From the NCBI GenBank assembly GCA_026016245.1, contig CP061211.1, positions 567,285-631,284 on the forward strand: 64,000 nucleotides of DNA, in the 5' to 3' direction. A program made the position numbers and the translations under genes. The notes beneath the pieces were generated by a model that searched no databases, had not been told where the DNA came from, and saw only the letters and a list, made by a program, of their open reading frames with translations. Positions 46,994 to 57,556 of the stretch are shown here, piece after piece. How positions within the stretch are numbered: position 1 is the first letter of the stretch; every line of letters starts with the position of its first letter. Source of the DNA: Candidatus Pacearchaeota archaeon (lineage in GTDB: Archaea; Nanobdellota; Nanobdellia; Pacearchaeales; UBA284).

Positions 46994-49900
46994 TTGATGT
47001 TAAAAGAGGATAATAGTAAAATCAACAAAGTAACTGCAATAATTTTTTTTATTGTGTTAATTGGACTAGTCTTTTTTATGTTCTTCATAAAACCTGTAAT
47101 CACTGCAAAAGCCATAGCTTTAGAAAAAGAATTTTTTATGCCAAATGAAAAAATCAAAGGGAATTTTACTCTGATTTTAAAAGAGGGCGAACTTATCCCT
47201 TCAAATACAAAAATTCTTATAGAATTGGATGGACAGCAACAAAGAGAGCTCACTATCAAGGAATTTATTGAACTTAGTAATCTTGATATAGAAGAAGAGC
47301 AGGGAGGTTTTTTTATACCTAAGACTAGAATTTCTGGGGCTGGCTTTGGATATGGAAAAGCAGGGCATTATGTAGTTTATCCAGATGTTGATTTTCAATT
47401 AAAAATTATCTCTCCAACAGAAGAAGAAGTAACAGAGATAGAAGAGCCAACAGAAGAAAGTACTGAAGAAAATATTACAGAACAAAACATAACTGAACAA
47501 AACATAACAGAAGAAAATAAGACAGAAGTTCCAGAAGAAAACATCACTGAAATTAAAGAAGAACCTACAGAAGAAGCAACAGAAGCAGAAGAAGAGCCAG
47601 CAGAAGAAGAGAATTCAGGAGAAAATGAAAATCTAGAAGAAGATGTTATAAACTCATTGTCTATTTTTGCTATCTTAAATAAATTTTTCAGTTTTTGGGG
47701 GGCATTTACAATAGTTGAAGAAAGTGGCAATGTAAAAATTATAGAAGCATCTTGTTCTTTGGATGAGCCATTTTATTATGAGTTAGGAGAGGGGGAGCAA
47801 GCAGAACTTATGGAAGGAAGTGTAAGAATAGATGGAGAAATTGTTAGAGATAATAAGGTTGATATTGATATTAAGGACGATGTTTTAACTGTTTCAACAG
47901 ATTATTTTGAAAGCTATGAAGGTTTTGGTGAGGCTTATCTTGGTGATGATTATGAAATCACCCTTAATTTAAATGTTCTTGATTTAAATATTGAAAAAGA
48001 AGGAACCCATACCTTAACTATAACTTTGGTTTATGAAGATGAAGAGTTAATGAATGCTAGTGAAGAAATTGAAGTGAAGCCAGAGAGTATAACAATTAAG
48101 ATTATTGATAAAGATGGAAATATTGAAGATGAAATTTTGGCTAGTTCTACAAAAATAAAAATAAAGATTAGGAAGATTGTTGTGGGGGGAGAGGAAGAGC
48201 ATGAAATTGAAATTGAAGATAATGTGATAAGTATAACTGGTGCAGCGATAATAGAAACTAAACAAGCACTGCCAGAATCTGAAATTATTTTTATTGATTT
48301 TCCAGACAACACAATTATCCAAATAGATGAACCAACAATCGAGCAAAAAGCTAAGGGTTTTGCAACAGAGGTTTTTGCTATAGAACCAGGCTCTGAGATT
48401 GAGATTGAAACTGCAACAATAACTCTTGAAAAATTTACAAGTGATACCATAGCTTCAATTTTATATTGTGAAGATTGGAATATTAATAATTTTAATTGTG
48501 ATGGCAACTGGATGAATTCTGGTTTAGAATTTTTAGATAATGGTACACATATAAGTTTTGAGACAGATCATTTTACTGCTTACATTGGAGCTGGAAATAT
48601 GACTTGCCCTTATTTTGCAAATGACAGTGTTATTTTAGTTGAAAGTGTTGCTTGCAATGGAACAGCTTTTATTATAAACAGCAGTAATGTTGAGATAGAT
48701 TGCCAAGGCCATACAATTAATTATTCTGCCACAACCTTAGGATATGGTATTAATAATACAGCTGGTTTTGACAATGTTACAATAAAAAATTGCATAATCA
48801 AACAAACTAATTTTAGTATAGCTTATGCTTATGGAATTTATTTAAAAAATGGAATTGTAAATATTACCATACATAATAATACCATTTTAACTTATGCTTA
48901 TGCAAGTTATGCTATATATCAAACACTTCCTTACACTGGCTCAGACAATATAACTGTTACTGACAATATTGTAAATGGGGGAATAAATCTGGGATATGTA
49001 CCAAATTGTACAGTTACTGGAAATAATGTAACTAATAGTTCATTTGTGGTGGGTGGTTCAGGGGACAGCCCTTATTGCCAAATTACAGACAATAATGTTA
49101 GTGGGGGAGATGCTTATTTTTCTGGGCCCTATCATAATATAGAAGATAATAATTTTTATGACATAGGATCTGTTATGATAGATGGGAGCCATATTTATTT
49201 TTCAGACAATTATATTTCTAGTAGTACAGATTCAGGAGATGGTACTTTAATTTTAGACTCATCAAGCATTACGAATAATACAGTATATAGCAATATAATC
49301 GTGACTTCAGGTGATGATGATAATGATGCTGTTTATCTTGATGGTGCTAATGACACAAACTTCAGTTATAATAATATAACCACTGATTGTGTTGATTGTG
49401 ATGGGATTGTGTGGGAATATCCTAAGGTCTTCAATTTGGCTTATAATAATATAACCACTAATGGAAATAACAGTTTTGGCTTAATGCTTTCATATGCTTA
49501 TAGTGATGTTAAAAATATAACTAATAATACAATAAAGACTTATGGGGCTAGTTCTGGGGGGATCTATTTGGAGACCACTTTAAATTATGATGGCCCTAGC
49601 AAGAATGTTTTTAGAAATAATATAATAGAGACTGCAAAAGGAATTGCATTTAATTTTTCAGAAGATTGTAATGATCCTTATGATGGTCATCCAAGTGATA
49701 TTGATACAAGCAATACAGCTGAAGGAAAGCCAATTTATTATTATTGCAATACAACAAGCACTTTAATACAAGACCTAGATGCTGGGCAGATTCTTTTTGG
49801 TCCTGTTGCAAATGATCCAAATATTGTTTTAGAGAATGTTTCAGCAGAAGATGGTATTTTTGTTTCTGATGGTGTCAGTAATTTGATAATAAGAGATTCT

Positions 49901-52900
49901 ACAATAGACACATCAAATCAAGAAAAAGTTGCTGGGATATATATATATTGGGGAGATAATATTAATATTTCTAATAATAATTTGATAAATAATTATTATG
50001 GTGTTTTTCTATCTGGCAGTTCTAATAATATAACCTCAAATAATATATCTAATAATGAATATGGTATTTTATTGAAGGGGAGTTCATATAGTTATATTTT
50101 ATCTAATATAATGGATTCAAATACAATCCATATTTTATTAAATTCAACTTTAGGAGGTCATATTGAGAGTTCTAACACAGTCTCCTTAAACAATCTTTCT
50201 GGAGGAGATTATGGGATTTATTTAAGTGATGAAGAAAATAATGATTTTGAAAACAATAAGATAGAAAATACTGATTATGGAATTTATATTTATGGAACTG
50301 TTTCAGAGCAAATAGGAGCCAATGCTTTTACAAACAATAATGTAAGTAATAGTTCTGTTTATGATTTTTATTTATATTATGTAAATACTCCTGGTTTTGG
50401 AAATGATCCTGTAATTAATTTAACAACAGGAAATGTGATGTCAAGTTTTGAGGCTTGGAATATTGCCTTAAAAAATACGACAAGCCCTGCTGCTGATCCT
50501 AGTGGATATGATAATATAAGTAAATATTTGAATATAACAAACAATTCAGCTGATTCTTGGGTATTTTTGAATATAAGTTATAATGAATCTGCTTTAGGAG
50601 ATATAAATGAATCAAGTTTGGAAATATGGAAGCATAATGGCTCATGGCATAATACTACTTTTTATACAACAAGCGGGGTAAATGAAGCTAGTGATTATGT
50701 TTTTGCTAACATTACCTCTTTCAGTATTTTTGCTCCTTTTGTAAAAAGCACAGGAGGTGATATAGATTCTTGCCAAATTCTTAATGAATCAGGAACTTAT
50801 ACACTTAATCAATCTGTTTCATCAAGCGGAACTTGTTTCACGATAGAAAATAATAGCATAACTCTTGATTGTGATGGATATACAATAAATTATTCAGCAA
50901 CAGAAAAAGGTTATGCAATAAACAACACTAATGGATTTGATAACGTGACAATAAAGAATTGTAATATAAAACAAACTTCAAGTTCTTATACACATGCTTA
51001 TGCGATATACTATAATAATAGTGTTAATAGCACAATATATAATAACATAATAACGACTTCAGGAACCTTTGGTTGGGTAATTTATCTTACTACAACCTCA
51101 AGCTTTAATATAACTAATAATAATATAACAACTTTAGGAGGAGATGGTGATGCAGTTTATCTTTTTTCGAGCTCAAATAATAACTTAACTAATAATAATA
51201 TAACAACTTTTGGGAGTGGTGGTTATGCACTTATTCTTTCCACAAACTCGAGTTTTAACAATCTAAATAATAATACAATTACAACTAATGGACCCGAGAG
51301 TTGGGGAATTCATCTTGCTTCAAACTCAAGCTTTAACACATTAATCAACAATACAATAAATGTAACGACAAACCCAGATGACAAAATAGCACTATATATT
51401 GATGGAAGCCATCATAATGTTATAGATGGTGGTTCAATCAGTGTAACATCATCCAATAATCAATATGCTTCTGTTTTAATTACTAGAAGTGATAACAATA
51501 TTATAAAGAACTCCTATATCTTCAGCGATTCAACTTATGGTCTTAGAGTTTATTGGACCGGAACAGGTAATACAACAATATACAATACAATAATCAATTC
51601 AACATGGGGCCCTGACATTATATACGACAACGATGTTGGTGGCTGGACAAATCTGACTAATTGTTCTTTTAATAAAAGTGATGTTTCATTTGGCTCAGGC
51701 TCAACTGGCTTAATAAATGTGAAATGGTATGTAGATGTCTATGTTAACAACACTTTTGGATATCCTATTTACTTAGCTCAAGTAGATTTAGTAGATACAA
51801 ACGGTAATACAGAAACAGCTATGACAAACACTTCAGGCTATACAGAAAGAGCAAATGTTACAGAATATTATCAAAATGCTACTGGAAGCTATACTTATAA
51901 TAACTATACTGCAAAAGCTTCTAAGACAGGATATTATGATTCAAGCAAACAAGTTAATTTAACAACAAATGCAATCAGGGATGATAATACGCAAGTTGTT
52001 TTAACTTTAACAAAACACTCTGGCGGCGGAGGCGGCGGAGGAACAGGTTATTGTGGTGATAATGCTTGTGATCCAGATGAAAATTGTTATAATTGTCCTG
52101 AAGATTGTGGAGAATGTTGTGGGAATAATATATGTGAGCCATTATATGGAGAAGATTATACAAACTGCTGGAAAGACTGCTGTTATCCAGAAGGAATAGA
52201 GATGCCTGTCCTGCCAAACAGAACTTGCTGTGCAAATTTAAATCGAGGAATAATTTATGATATGGGTTGTGTTGCTAATCAGAATGACCAGTGTGAAGGA
52301 TGTGAGCTTATCGGAAGTGTTGTTTGTGTAAATTGTGGTAATAATATCTGTGGTTTAGGTGAGAATTATTGTAATTGTCCTGAAGATTGTGTTGAAGCAA
52401 TATTAGATTGTTCACAACTACCTCCTTTGTTTGTAAATATTGAATGGGATTGGTGGCCAATAACTCCTCAAACAAAACTAAACTGGTATCAGATGCCCTC
52501 CCCAGATATAGAATTGTTAAGAACTGAAGTTTATAGTGCAGATAAATGTATAGGAAGTGAATGTAATTTTGTGTTAGAAGAAGTTGTTAATGCTCCGGCA
52601 AGTGAATGGTCAGCACATGTTTCTGAAAGACTTAAATTTTTCACAATTATAGGAAAAACAAAACTAGGCCAAGGAGAGTGTAAGCCTGAATATTATGAGC
52701 AGGGTGTTGGTAATAGCAATAAACCAGGATGGTATAATGCTTGTACTTTAGAGCTTTTAAAAGAAGAGACTTTAATGGTTGCAGAGCCAAGAGCTTATTG
52801 TTGTTATCCTGAAGCTGATAGTGAGGGTTGGTATAATGTTCAATGTGATCAGGTGAAGATACCAGAAAATTTAATAAGATATTCTGATTGTGAGGAAGGA

Positions 52901-53563
52901 GAGTATGCTTTATTATGTGATCAGACAAGTGATATTCTTGTAAAATTCACGCAAGATCTTGTTCATAATAAACAGATTGGAAGAGGAGAACAAGGTCAGA
53001 ACACTAGTGTTAATTGGATAGTTTATATGCCTTTTGAAAATATCACTAATAACACAGATTACTTGCTTAAGATTGGAGATATCGTGGATTATGTTGCTTA
53101 TTGGGATGCAGAAAAACAAAAACAATTAGGAAGTGCTAGAGGTTATAAGGCAGGAATCCCATTAATAACTACAGGTGCTTTTGAACTTGAATCAGGAAGG
53201 CCTTACTTTGTTTCTTCAAGTGAAAAAACAGATAGGATAACCTGGGTTGGAAGAATTCCTGAGCATGTTACTTTCCACTTAAAATATGTGCCTGGAACTT
53301 TTAGTGAAAATTATATGTCCTTACCTTTAGATACTTTTTTAAAGAAAGCAGTTGATATTTGTGATGCTTTAGGTCTAGGAGATGATGGGAGTGTTGCTAC
53401 TTGGGATCCAATAACACAAAAATATGTTAACGAGGAAGCATCAAGGTGTGGGTTTATTAGAAGCCCCATTGGGGGAAATAGTGCGCTTAATTTTGATTTA
53501 AATCCTGGACAAGTTTATGAAGTTGCAGGGTTAGAACAAGATATAACTTGGAAACAAGAATAA
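46994..53563 (+). CDS. Giant surface protein (2189 aa) with parallel beta-helix repeats and C-terminal Cys-knot-rich modules
   Basis: Signal/transmembrane AIIFFIVLIGLVFFMFFI. An acidic linker rich in E/T/N. Dozens of NNITT/NxT-containing beta-helix rungs (...NNTITTNG..., ...NNNITTFGSGG...). Two copies of the module C..L...G.Y.LN...C..I.N..ITLDCDG(H/Y)TINYSA. A Gly8 linker. CGDNACDPDENCYNCPEDCGECCGNNICE-type Cys-rich domains. Confidence 0.7.
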   Translation: MMLKEDNSKINKVTAIIFFIVLIGLVFFMFFIKPVITAKAIALEKEFFMPNEKIKGNFTLILKEGELIPSNTKILIELDGQQQRELTIKEFIELSNLDIEEEQGGFFIPKTRISGAGFGYGKAGHYVVYPDVDFQLKIISPTEEEVTEIEEPTEESTEENITEQNITEQNITEENKTEVPEENITEIKEEPTEEATEAEEEPAEEENSGENENLEEDVINSLSIFAILNKFFSFWGAFTIVEESGNVKIIEASCSLDEPFYYELGEGEQAELMEGSVRIDGEIVRDNKVDIDIKDDVLTVSTDYFESYEGFGEAYLGDDYEITLNLNVLDLNIEKEGTHTLTITLVYEDEELMNASEEIEVKPESITIKIIDKDGNIEDEILASSTKIKIKIRKIVVGGEEEHEIEIEDNVISITGAAIIETKQALPESEIIFIDFPDNTIIQIDEPTIEQKAKGFATEVFAIEPGSEIEIETATITLEKFTSDTIASILYCEDWNINNFNCDGNWMNSGLEFLDNGTHISFETDHFTAYIGAGNMTCPYFANDSVILVESVACNGTAFIINSSNVEIDCQGHTINYSATTLGYGINNTAGFDNVTIKNCIIKQTNFSIAYAYGIYLKNGIVNITIHNNTILTYAYASYAIYQTLPYTGSDNITVTDNIVNGGINLGYVPNCTVTGNNVTNSSFVVGGSGDSPYCQITDNNVSGGDAYFSGPYHNIEDNNFYDIGSVMIDGSHIYFSDNYISSSTDSGDGTLILDSSSITNNTVYSNIIVTSGDDDNDAVYLDGANDTNFSYNNITTDCVDCDGIVWEYPKVFNLAYNNITTNGNNSFGLMLSYAYSDVKNITNNTIKTYGASSGGIYLETTLNYDGPSKNVFRNNIIETAKGIAFNFSEDCNDPYDGHPSDIDTSNTAEGKPIYYYCNTTSTLIQDLDAGQILFGPVANDPNIVLENVSAEDGIFVSDGVSNLIIRDSTIDTSNQEKVAGIYIYWGDNINISNNNLINNYYGVFLSGSSNNITSNNISNNEYGILLKGSSYSYILSNIMDSNTIHILLNSTLGGHIESSNTVSLNNLSGGDYGIYLSDEENNDFENNKIENTDYGIYIYGTVSEQIGANAFTNNNVSNSSVYDFYLYYVNTPGFGNDPVINLTTGNVMSSFEAWNIALKNTTSPAADPSGYDNISKYLNITNNSADSWVFLNISYNESALGDINESSLEIWKHNGSWHNTTFYTTSGVNEASDYVFANITSFSIFAPFVKSTGGDIDSCQILNESGTYTLNQSVSSSGTCFTIENNSITLDCDGYTINYSATEKGYAINNTNGFDNVTIKNCNIKQTSSSYTHAYAIYYNNSVNSTIYNNIITTSGTFGWVIYLTTTSSFNITNNNITTLGGDGDAVYLFSSSNNNLTNNNITTFGSGGYALILSTNSSFNNLNNNTITTNGPESWGIHLASNSSFNTLINNTINVTTNPDDKIALYIDGSHHNVIDGGSISVTSSNNQYASVLITRSDNNIIKNSYIFSDSTYGLRVYWTGTGNTTIYNTIINSTWGPDIIYDNDVGGWTNLTNCSFNKSDVSFGSGSTGLINVKWYVDVYVNNTFGYPIYLAQVDLVDTNGNTETAMTNTSGYTERANVTEYYQNATGSYTYNNYTAKASKTGYYDSSKQVNLTTNAIRDDNTQVVLTLTKHSGGGGGGGTGYCGDNACDPDENCYNCPEDCGECCGNNICEPLYGEDYTNCWKDCCYPEGIEMPVLPNRTCCANLNRGIIYDMGCVANQNDQCEGCELIGSVVCVNCGNNICGLGENYCNCPEDCVEAILDCSQLPPLFVNIEWDWWPITPQTKLNWYQMPSPDIELLRTEVYSADKCIGSECNFVLEEVVNAPASEWSAHVSERLKFFTIIGKTKLGQGECKPEYYEQGVGNSNKPGWYNACTLELLKEETLMVAEPRAYCCYPEADSEGWYNVQCDQVKIPENLIRYSDCEEGEYALLCDQTSDILVKFTQDLVHNKQIGRGEQGQNTSVNWIVYMPFENITNNTDYLLKIGDIVDYVAYWDAEKQKQLGSARGYKAGIPLITTGAFELESGRPYFVSSSEKTDRITWVGRIPEHVTFHLKYVPGTFSENYMSLPLDTFLKKAVDICDALGLGDDGSVATWDPITQKYVNEEASRCGFIRSPIGGNSALNFDLNPGQVYEVAGLEQDITWKQE

Positions 53564-54427
53564 TTAATGAATAATCTTTATTGATTTCATAATTGTTTTT
53601 TCTGAATCTTCTGGTTTAAATTTCACAAAATAATGTCCTTGTGGCAAGTCCCCGGTATAAACTTTATTTCCCTTTACTTCTTTTACTTGACTTCCAATCA
53701 TATTATAAATATTAATTTTCCCAGATTGATTTAAATAGAAAAATTCATTAGCAGGATTTGGTCTAACATTTAACTTATCAACTTTTACTTTTTTTTCTAA
53801 ATTTTCTTTTATACTTACAGTATCAAGATTAAAACTTGCTAAAGTGTCAGCATCAAGGAATCTATGTTGAACTTCTCCTTTTGTAATTCCATATTTTCCT
53901 GGTGCTGCAGCTTCAATAACTACGGTGTCTTCATCAACTAATCCTAAAGTAGAAGCATCGAAATAAATTTCATATGCCCAACTTGAAGAAGTTATATCAA
54001 ATCTTCCATAAAGAGTATCTAAACCATCTTGTTTGAAACATTTTGCATCAACACTATCTATTCCGCCATCAGTAACATCTCTCACTGAAATTCCATAACC
54101 GCCAACAAATGCTGTTGGTTGTAAAGTAAAATTTCCTCTACAAAACCATTTTAAATAAGAAGTATCTGAAGGGGCATCAAACCTAACTAATCCACTATCT
54201 CCAGGAGAAACTCCCCATGCGTCTGGAACTGTCTTTACCCAGTAATTGGGAACAATCTGTCCAACCATTGTTTTTGCACTATCTAAACTATTAGGTTTGA
54301 AAAAAGTAACATTAGCGCTATCAGGGTAAGCCCACCCATCAAAGTTAGGTAAAGCATCAGCCAACTTAGGCAAGAGAAAAGTAACTCCAGCTAAGAATAA
54401 TGTTAATAAAGTGCTTTTTAATCCCAT
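53564..54427 (-). CDS. Secreted protein with a C-terminal domain resembling a Por/T9SS-type sorting domain
   Basis: Signal peptide LLTLFLAGVTFLLPKLADA. The last 70 aa (VRPNPANEFFYLNQSGKINIYNMIGSQVKEVKGNKVYTGDLPQGHYFVKFKP) match the Por_Secre_tail pattern (PNPA...iynm.G..v......dls.l..G.Yfvk). Confidence 0.5.
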   Translation of the reverse strand: MGLKSTLLTLFLAGVTFLLPKLADALPNFDGWAYPDSANVTFFKPNSLDSAKTMVGQIVPNYWVKTVPDAWGVSPGDSGLVRFDAPSDTSYLKWFCRGNFTLQPTAFVGGYGISVRDVTDGGIDSVDAKCFKQDGLDTLYGRFDITSSSWAYEIYFDASTLGLVDEDTVVIEAAAPGKYGITKGEVQHRFLDADTLASFNLDTVSIKENLEKKVKVDKLNVRPNPANEFFYLNQSGKINIYNMIGSQVKEVKGNKVYTGDLPQGHYFVKFKPEDSEKTIMKSIKIIH

Positions 54428-54530
54428 GTTTTTTTCAGGCCAATATGATATTTAAAGCTTTTGGTTTTACTACTTTTTAGGGGTTTCTTTTAGATATCTA
54501 CGAAAAATATTTATACCATGTAAGCTTATA

Positions 54531-54746
54531 ATGAAAATGGCTATGGAGAAAAAAACCCTTTTAGAAACAGAAAAAGAAAAAGCTTCACTAATTGGAAAAA
54601 TAGATAATAAGATGGCTTTTGATAATGAACATTGCAGTTGTCAATGTGCCTGTGATTGTGTTTGTATATGTGATTGTGATACATATGATTCCTTAAAACA
54701 AAATAAAGAAAAAGCTCTTGAAAAAAATTATTGGAAATATTCTTAA
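54531..54746 (+). CDS. Cys-rich candidate RiPP precursor peptide (71 aa)
   Basis: A polar/helical leader-like half (MKMAMEKKTLLETEKEKASLIGKIDNK), then the core HCSCQCACDCVCICDCDTYD with eight Cys alternating with single residues. It lies 25 nt upstream of a radical SAM/SPASM gene. Confidence 0.55.
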   Translation: MKMAMEKKTLLETEKEKASLIGKIDNKMAFDNEHCSCQCACDCVCICDCDTYDSLKQNKEKALEKNYWKYS

Positions 54747-54771
54747 TTGAGGGTAAGGGGGGAGATTTAAA

Positions 54772-56175
54772 ATGAAATTTAAATTATTTAGAAATCTCTA
54801 TTTTAAAAAAGTTAATTCTGATTATTGGGGAGTTTATCATCCATTTAATGAATATAAAATAATTTTTATTTCCTCTGATTTAAAAGCTGAACTTAAAAAA
54901 TTCCAAAATTCTGGAGAAATATTGGAAAATAATCCTTTTAAGAACGAATTAGAAAAATTAAAAAAAGAATATTTTTTAGTTCCAGAATTATTTAATCATA
55001 CAAAACCTATACAAACTATTAGAGAAGGATTACCAAAAAAACCAAGTATAGGATTATTATATCTTCTTTTAACAGATTCATGTAATTTAAATTGTAGTTA
55101 TTGTGCTATTGAAGAAAATTTAGAGAGTCTTTGTAAAAATTCTAAATTAAGAGCAAAGAACATGAGTATAAAAACTTGTGATAATGCAATTGATTTTTAT
55201 GTTATGTGTAAAGATGATAAATTACCAGAACATCGTGTGATATTTTATGGAGGAGAACCATTATTAAATGAAAAAGTTTTTAGACATGCTGTTTCTAGAT
55301 TGAGAAGTGAAGAAAAAAAAGGAAATTTAAAAAATTTGGGGATGGTCATGAATACTAATGCAACAAAAGTAAATGAAGAAATTGCAGAATTCTTTGCTAA
55401 AAATAAAATAAGCCCAGCAGTCTCATTAGATGGTTATAAAGAAATTCATGATTCTCAGAGAAAAAACTTAAGAGGAAAAGGAAGTTACGATGAAACTATA
55501 AGAGGATATAAATTATTTCAAAAGCATGGTATTCAACCGGGAATATCCTGTACAATTACAAAAAATAATATTGGAAAACTAGAAGAAATCGCAGAATTTT
55601 TTGTTGATAATCTTAATCCAAATGGAATTGGTTTTAATCTTTTACTTGATTTTAAAGATAAAATTAATCCTTTAGCAGTTTCTGTTAAAAAAGCAACTAA
55701 AGCAATGTTAAAAAGTTTTGAATTTTTAAGAGAAAAAGGTGTTTTTGAAGAAAGAGTTATGAGGCGTCTTGGAAAAATAATTAAAAAAGAAATGCATCTA
55801 AAAGATTGTGCTGGTTATGGTAGACAAGTTGTTGTTGCACCTGATGGAAGAATCGGTCCATGTCAGATAGCAATGGCTGCAGATTATCCTTCACCAGGAA
55901 ATGTCAATGATTCTAAAATGTTTGATCCCAATGATAATGAATTGTTCTTAGAATGGAATAAAAGAACAGCATTCAATATGTCTCAGTGTGAAGATTGCAG
56001 TTTTATAACAATCTGTGGAGGAGGATGTGCATATCAGTCTTATATAAAAACAGGAAATATATGGCAAGTTGATAAAAGAATATGTGAACATTGTAAGGAA
56101 TTAATAGATTGGGTTATTGATGATTTATGGAAAACTAAACAAAAAAATATTCAATATGAGACCAGATTGGGATAA
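54772..56175 (+). CDS. Radical SAM / SPASM-domain peptide-modifying enzyme
   Basis: CNLNCSYC is the Cx3Cx2C [4Fe-4S]/SAM cluster. FYGGEPLL. VSLDGYKEIHDSQR is the SPASM/twitch family box. The C-terminal CEDCSFITICGGGC matches the SPASM signature CxxCx5Cx3C. The N-terminal 85 aa before the rSAM core could be an RRE-like leader-binding domain. Confidence 0.8.
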   Translation: MKFKLFRNLYFKKVNSDYWGVYHPFNEYKIIFISSDLKAELKKFQNSGEILENNPFKNELEKLKKEYFLVPELFNHTKPIQTIREGLPKKPSIGLLYLLLTDSCNLNCSYCAIEENLESLCKNSKLRAKNMSIKTCDNAIDFYVMCKDDKLPEHRVIFYGGEPLLNEKVFRHAVSRLRSEEKKGNLKNLGMVMNTNATKVNEEIAEFFAKNKISPAVSLDGYKEIHDSQRKNLRGKGSYDETIRGYKLFQKHGIQPGISCTITKNNIGKLEEIAEFFVDNLNPNGIGFNLLLDFKDKINPLAVSVKKATKAMLKSFEFLREKGVFEERVMRRLGKIIKKEMHLKDCAGYGRQVVVAPDGRIGPCQIAMAADYPSPGNVNDSKMFDPNDNELFLEWNKRTAFNMSQCEDCSFITICGGGCAYQSYIKTGNIWQVDKRICEHCKELIDWVIDDLWKTKQKNIQYETRLG

Positions 56176-56749
56176 AGTTTATAAGAAAGGCCCCCATTGG
56201 GAAAGAAAACATTCTAAAGCAATAGAAGATTTTGTTAGATATTTAGAAAAAAGAGACAAAGTTCTTGATCTTGGCTGTGGGTCGGGCCGCGATGTTGTTT
56301 TTCTTGCTAGGAATGGATTTGATGTTTATGGAATAGATATCTCTAAAGAAGCAATTAAAAAAGCAAGAAATAAAATTAAAGAAAAAGGTTTGAAAGCTTA
56401 TTTTGATGTAGGAGATTTAACTGCCTTGAAATTTGAAAACAATTTTTTTGATGCTATTTATTCTAATGCTGTTTTAAATTTCACACTACTTCAAGAAAGT
56501 TGTTCTGAAATCTATAGAATATTGAAAAAAGATGGCTTAGCATATCTTATATTTCTTTTAGATTACATTCCTTTATTTAATGATGGTAAGAATAAAGAGG
56601 ATCATTCGTTTTATCCAGAAGATTTGATTTTACAAACTTATAAAAATTCAAAATTCAATATAATCTATAGCAAGAAATTCCTTTCACTAGATCTTGGGGG
56701 AGAAAAACCACATAAACATAATATTTTGAACTTGCTTTTAAAAAAATGA
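56156..56749 (+). CDS. Class I SAM-dependent methyltransferase
   Basis: VLDLGCGSGRDVVFLARNGFDVYGIDIS is motif I (GxGxG). Downstream motifs follow. The start overlaps the rSAM gene. Confidence 0.75.
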   Translation: MRPDWDKVYKKGPHWERKHSKAIEDFVRYLEKRDKVLDLGCGSGRDVVFLARNGFDVYGIDISKEAIKKARNKIKEKGLKAYFDVGDLTALKFENNFFDAIYSNAVLNFTLLQESCSEIYRILKKDGLAYLIFLLDYIPLFNDGKNKEDHSFYPEDLILQTYKNSKFNIIYSKKFLSLDLGGEKPHKHNILNLLLKK

Positions 56750-57510
56750 GGGGATTGCCGAAAATAGAATTTAAATTAGCATCTTTTAAATATAATTATC
56801 AAATTCTAAATTATTTTGTTTTTCATAAATCTCCAAAAATTAGAAAAAGAATTCTGAATGTTTATCCTGAATTAAGAAAAATTTATTCTATCAAAAAAAA
56901 TACAGAAAGAGATAAATTTATTAGAGAATTTTGTAAGAGACAATCATCAAAAAATTCTAAAGCAATAATGAAGAAAAAAGAAATTATCGATAAAGAATGG
57001 AGGAAAATACATACACCATTTATGAAGGCATTGAGCAAAGTTTTAGAAATAAAATGGCCCAACACAAAGATAATAGGTTATCTTTCAATAGTTCCAGTTT
57101 ATCCTAGACATCTCAATAATTGGAGTTTTTCTTTTTATTATAAAGAAAATACTAAAGGCATTATTGCTGTAATAGCACACGAAATATCCCATTTTTTATA
57201 TTTCAAAAAATTCAAAGAACTTTTTCCAAAAATCAATAAGAGAAGGTATGATATTCCTTATATAGAATGGTATCTTAGTGAAATGCTTGCTCCAATAATT
57301 TTAGCACATCCAAAAATCAAAAAAATAATTGGAAAGCGAATACAAAGAGGTTATATTTTGAGAAAAAGAGAAAAATTATTATATAGAAAACTTCTTTTAC
57401 TTTATAAAGATAGTTTGAAAAATAGAGAACCTTTTTCAGAATTCTTAAAGAAAACTTATAGATTAGTCAAAAGAATAAATAGAGGCTTTGTGGTTAAAGG
57501 CTTCCCATAA
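56746..57510 (+). CDS. Hypothetical protein with an HExxH motif (putative zinc metallopeptidase)
   Basis: IAVIAHEISHFLYF. The start overlaps the methyltransferase stop in an ATGA (translational coupling). Confidence 0.4.
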   Translation: MRGLPKIEFKLASFKYNYQILNYFVFHKSPKIRKRILNVYPELRKIYSIKKNTERDKFIREFCKRQSSKNSKAIMKKKEIIDKEWRKIHTPFMKALSKVLEIKWPNTKIIGYLSIVPVYPRHLNNWSFSFYYKENTKGIIAVIAHEISHFLYFKKFKELFPKINKRRYDIPYIEWYLSEMLAPIILAHPKIKKIIGKRIQRGYILRKREKLLYRKLLLLYKDSLKNREPFSEFLKKTYRLVKRINRGFVVKGFP

Positions 57511-57556
57511 ATTTTCTTCTCAAAACCTTTTTAAATCCACTAAGCATATAATAATA

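Noticed and set aside
47395-48507. Minus-strand ORFs of 111 and 158 aa rich in Ser/Ile
   Set aside because: Antisense to the acidic and repeat regions of the 2189-aa gene. They are compositional artefacts.
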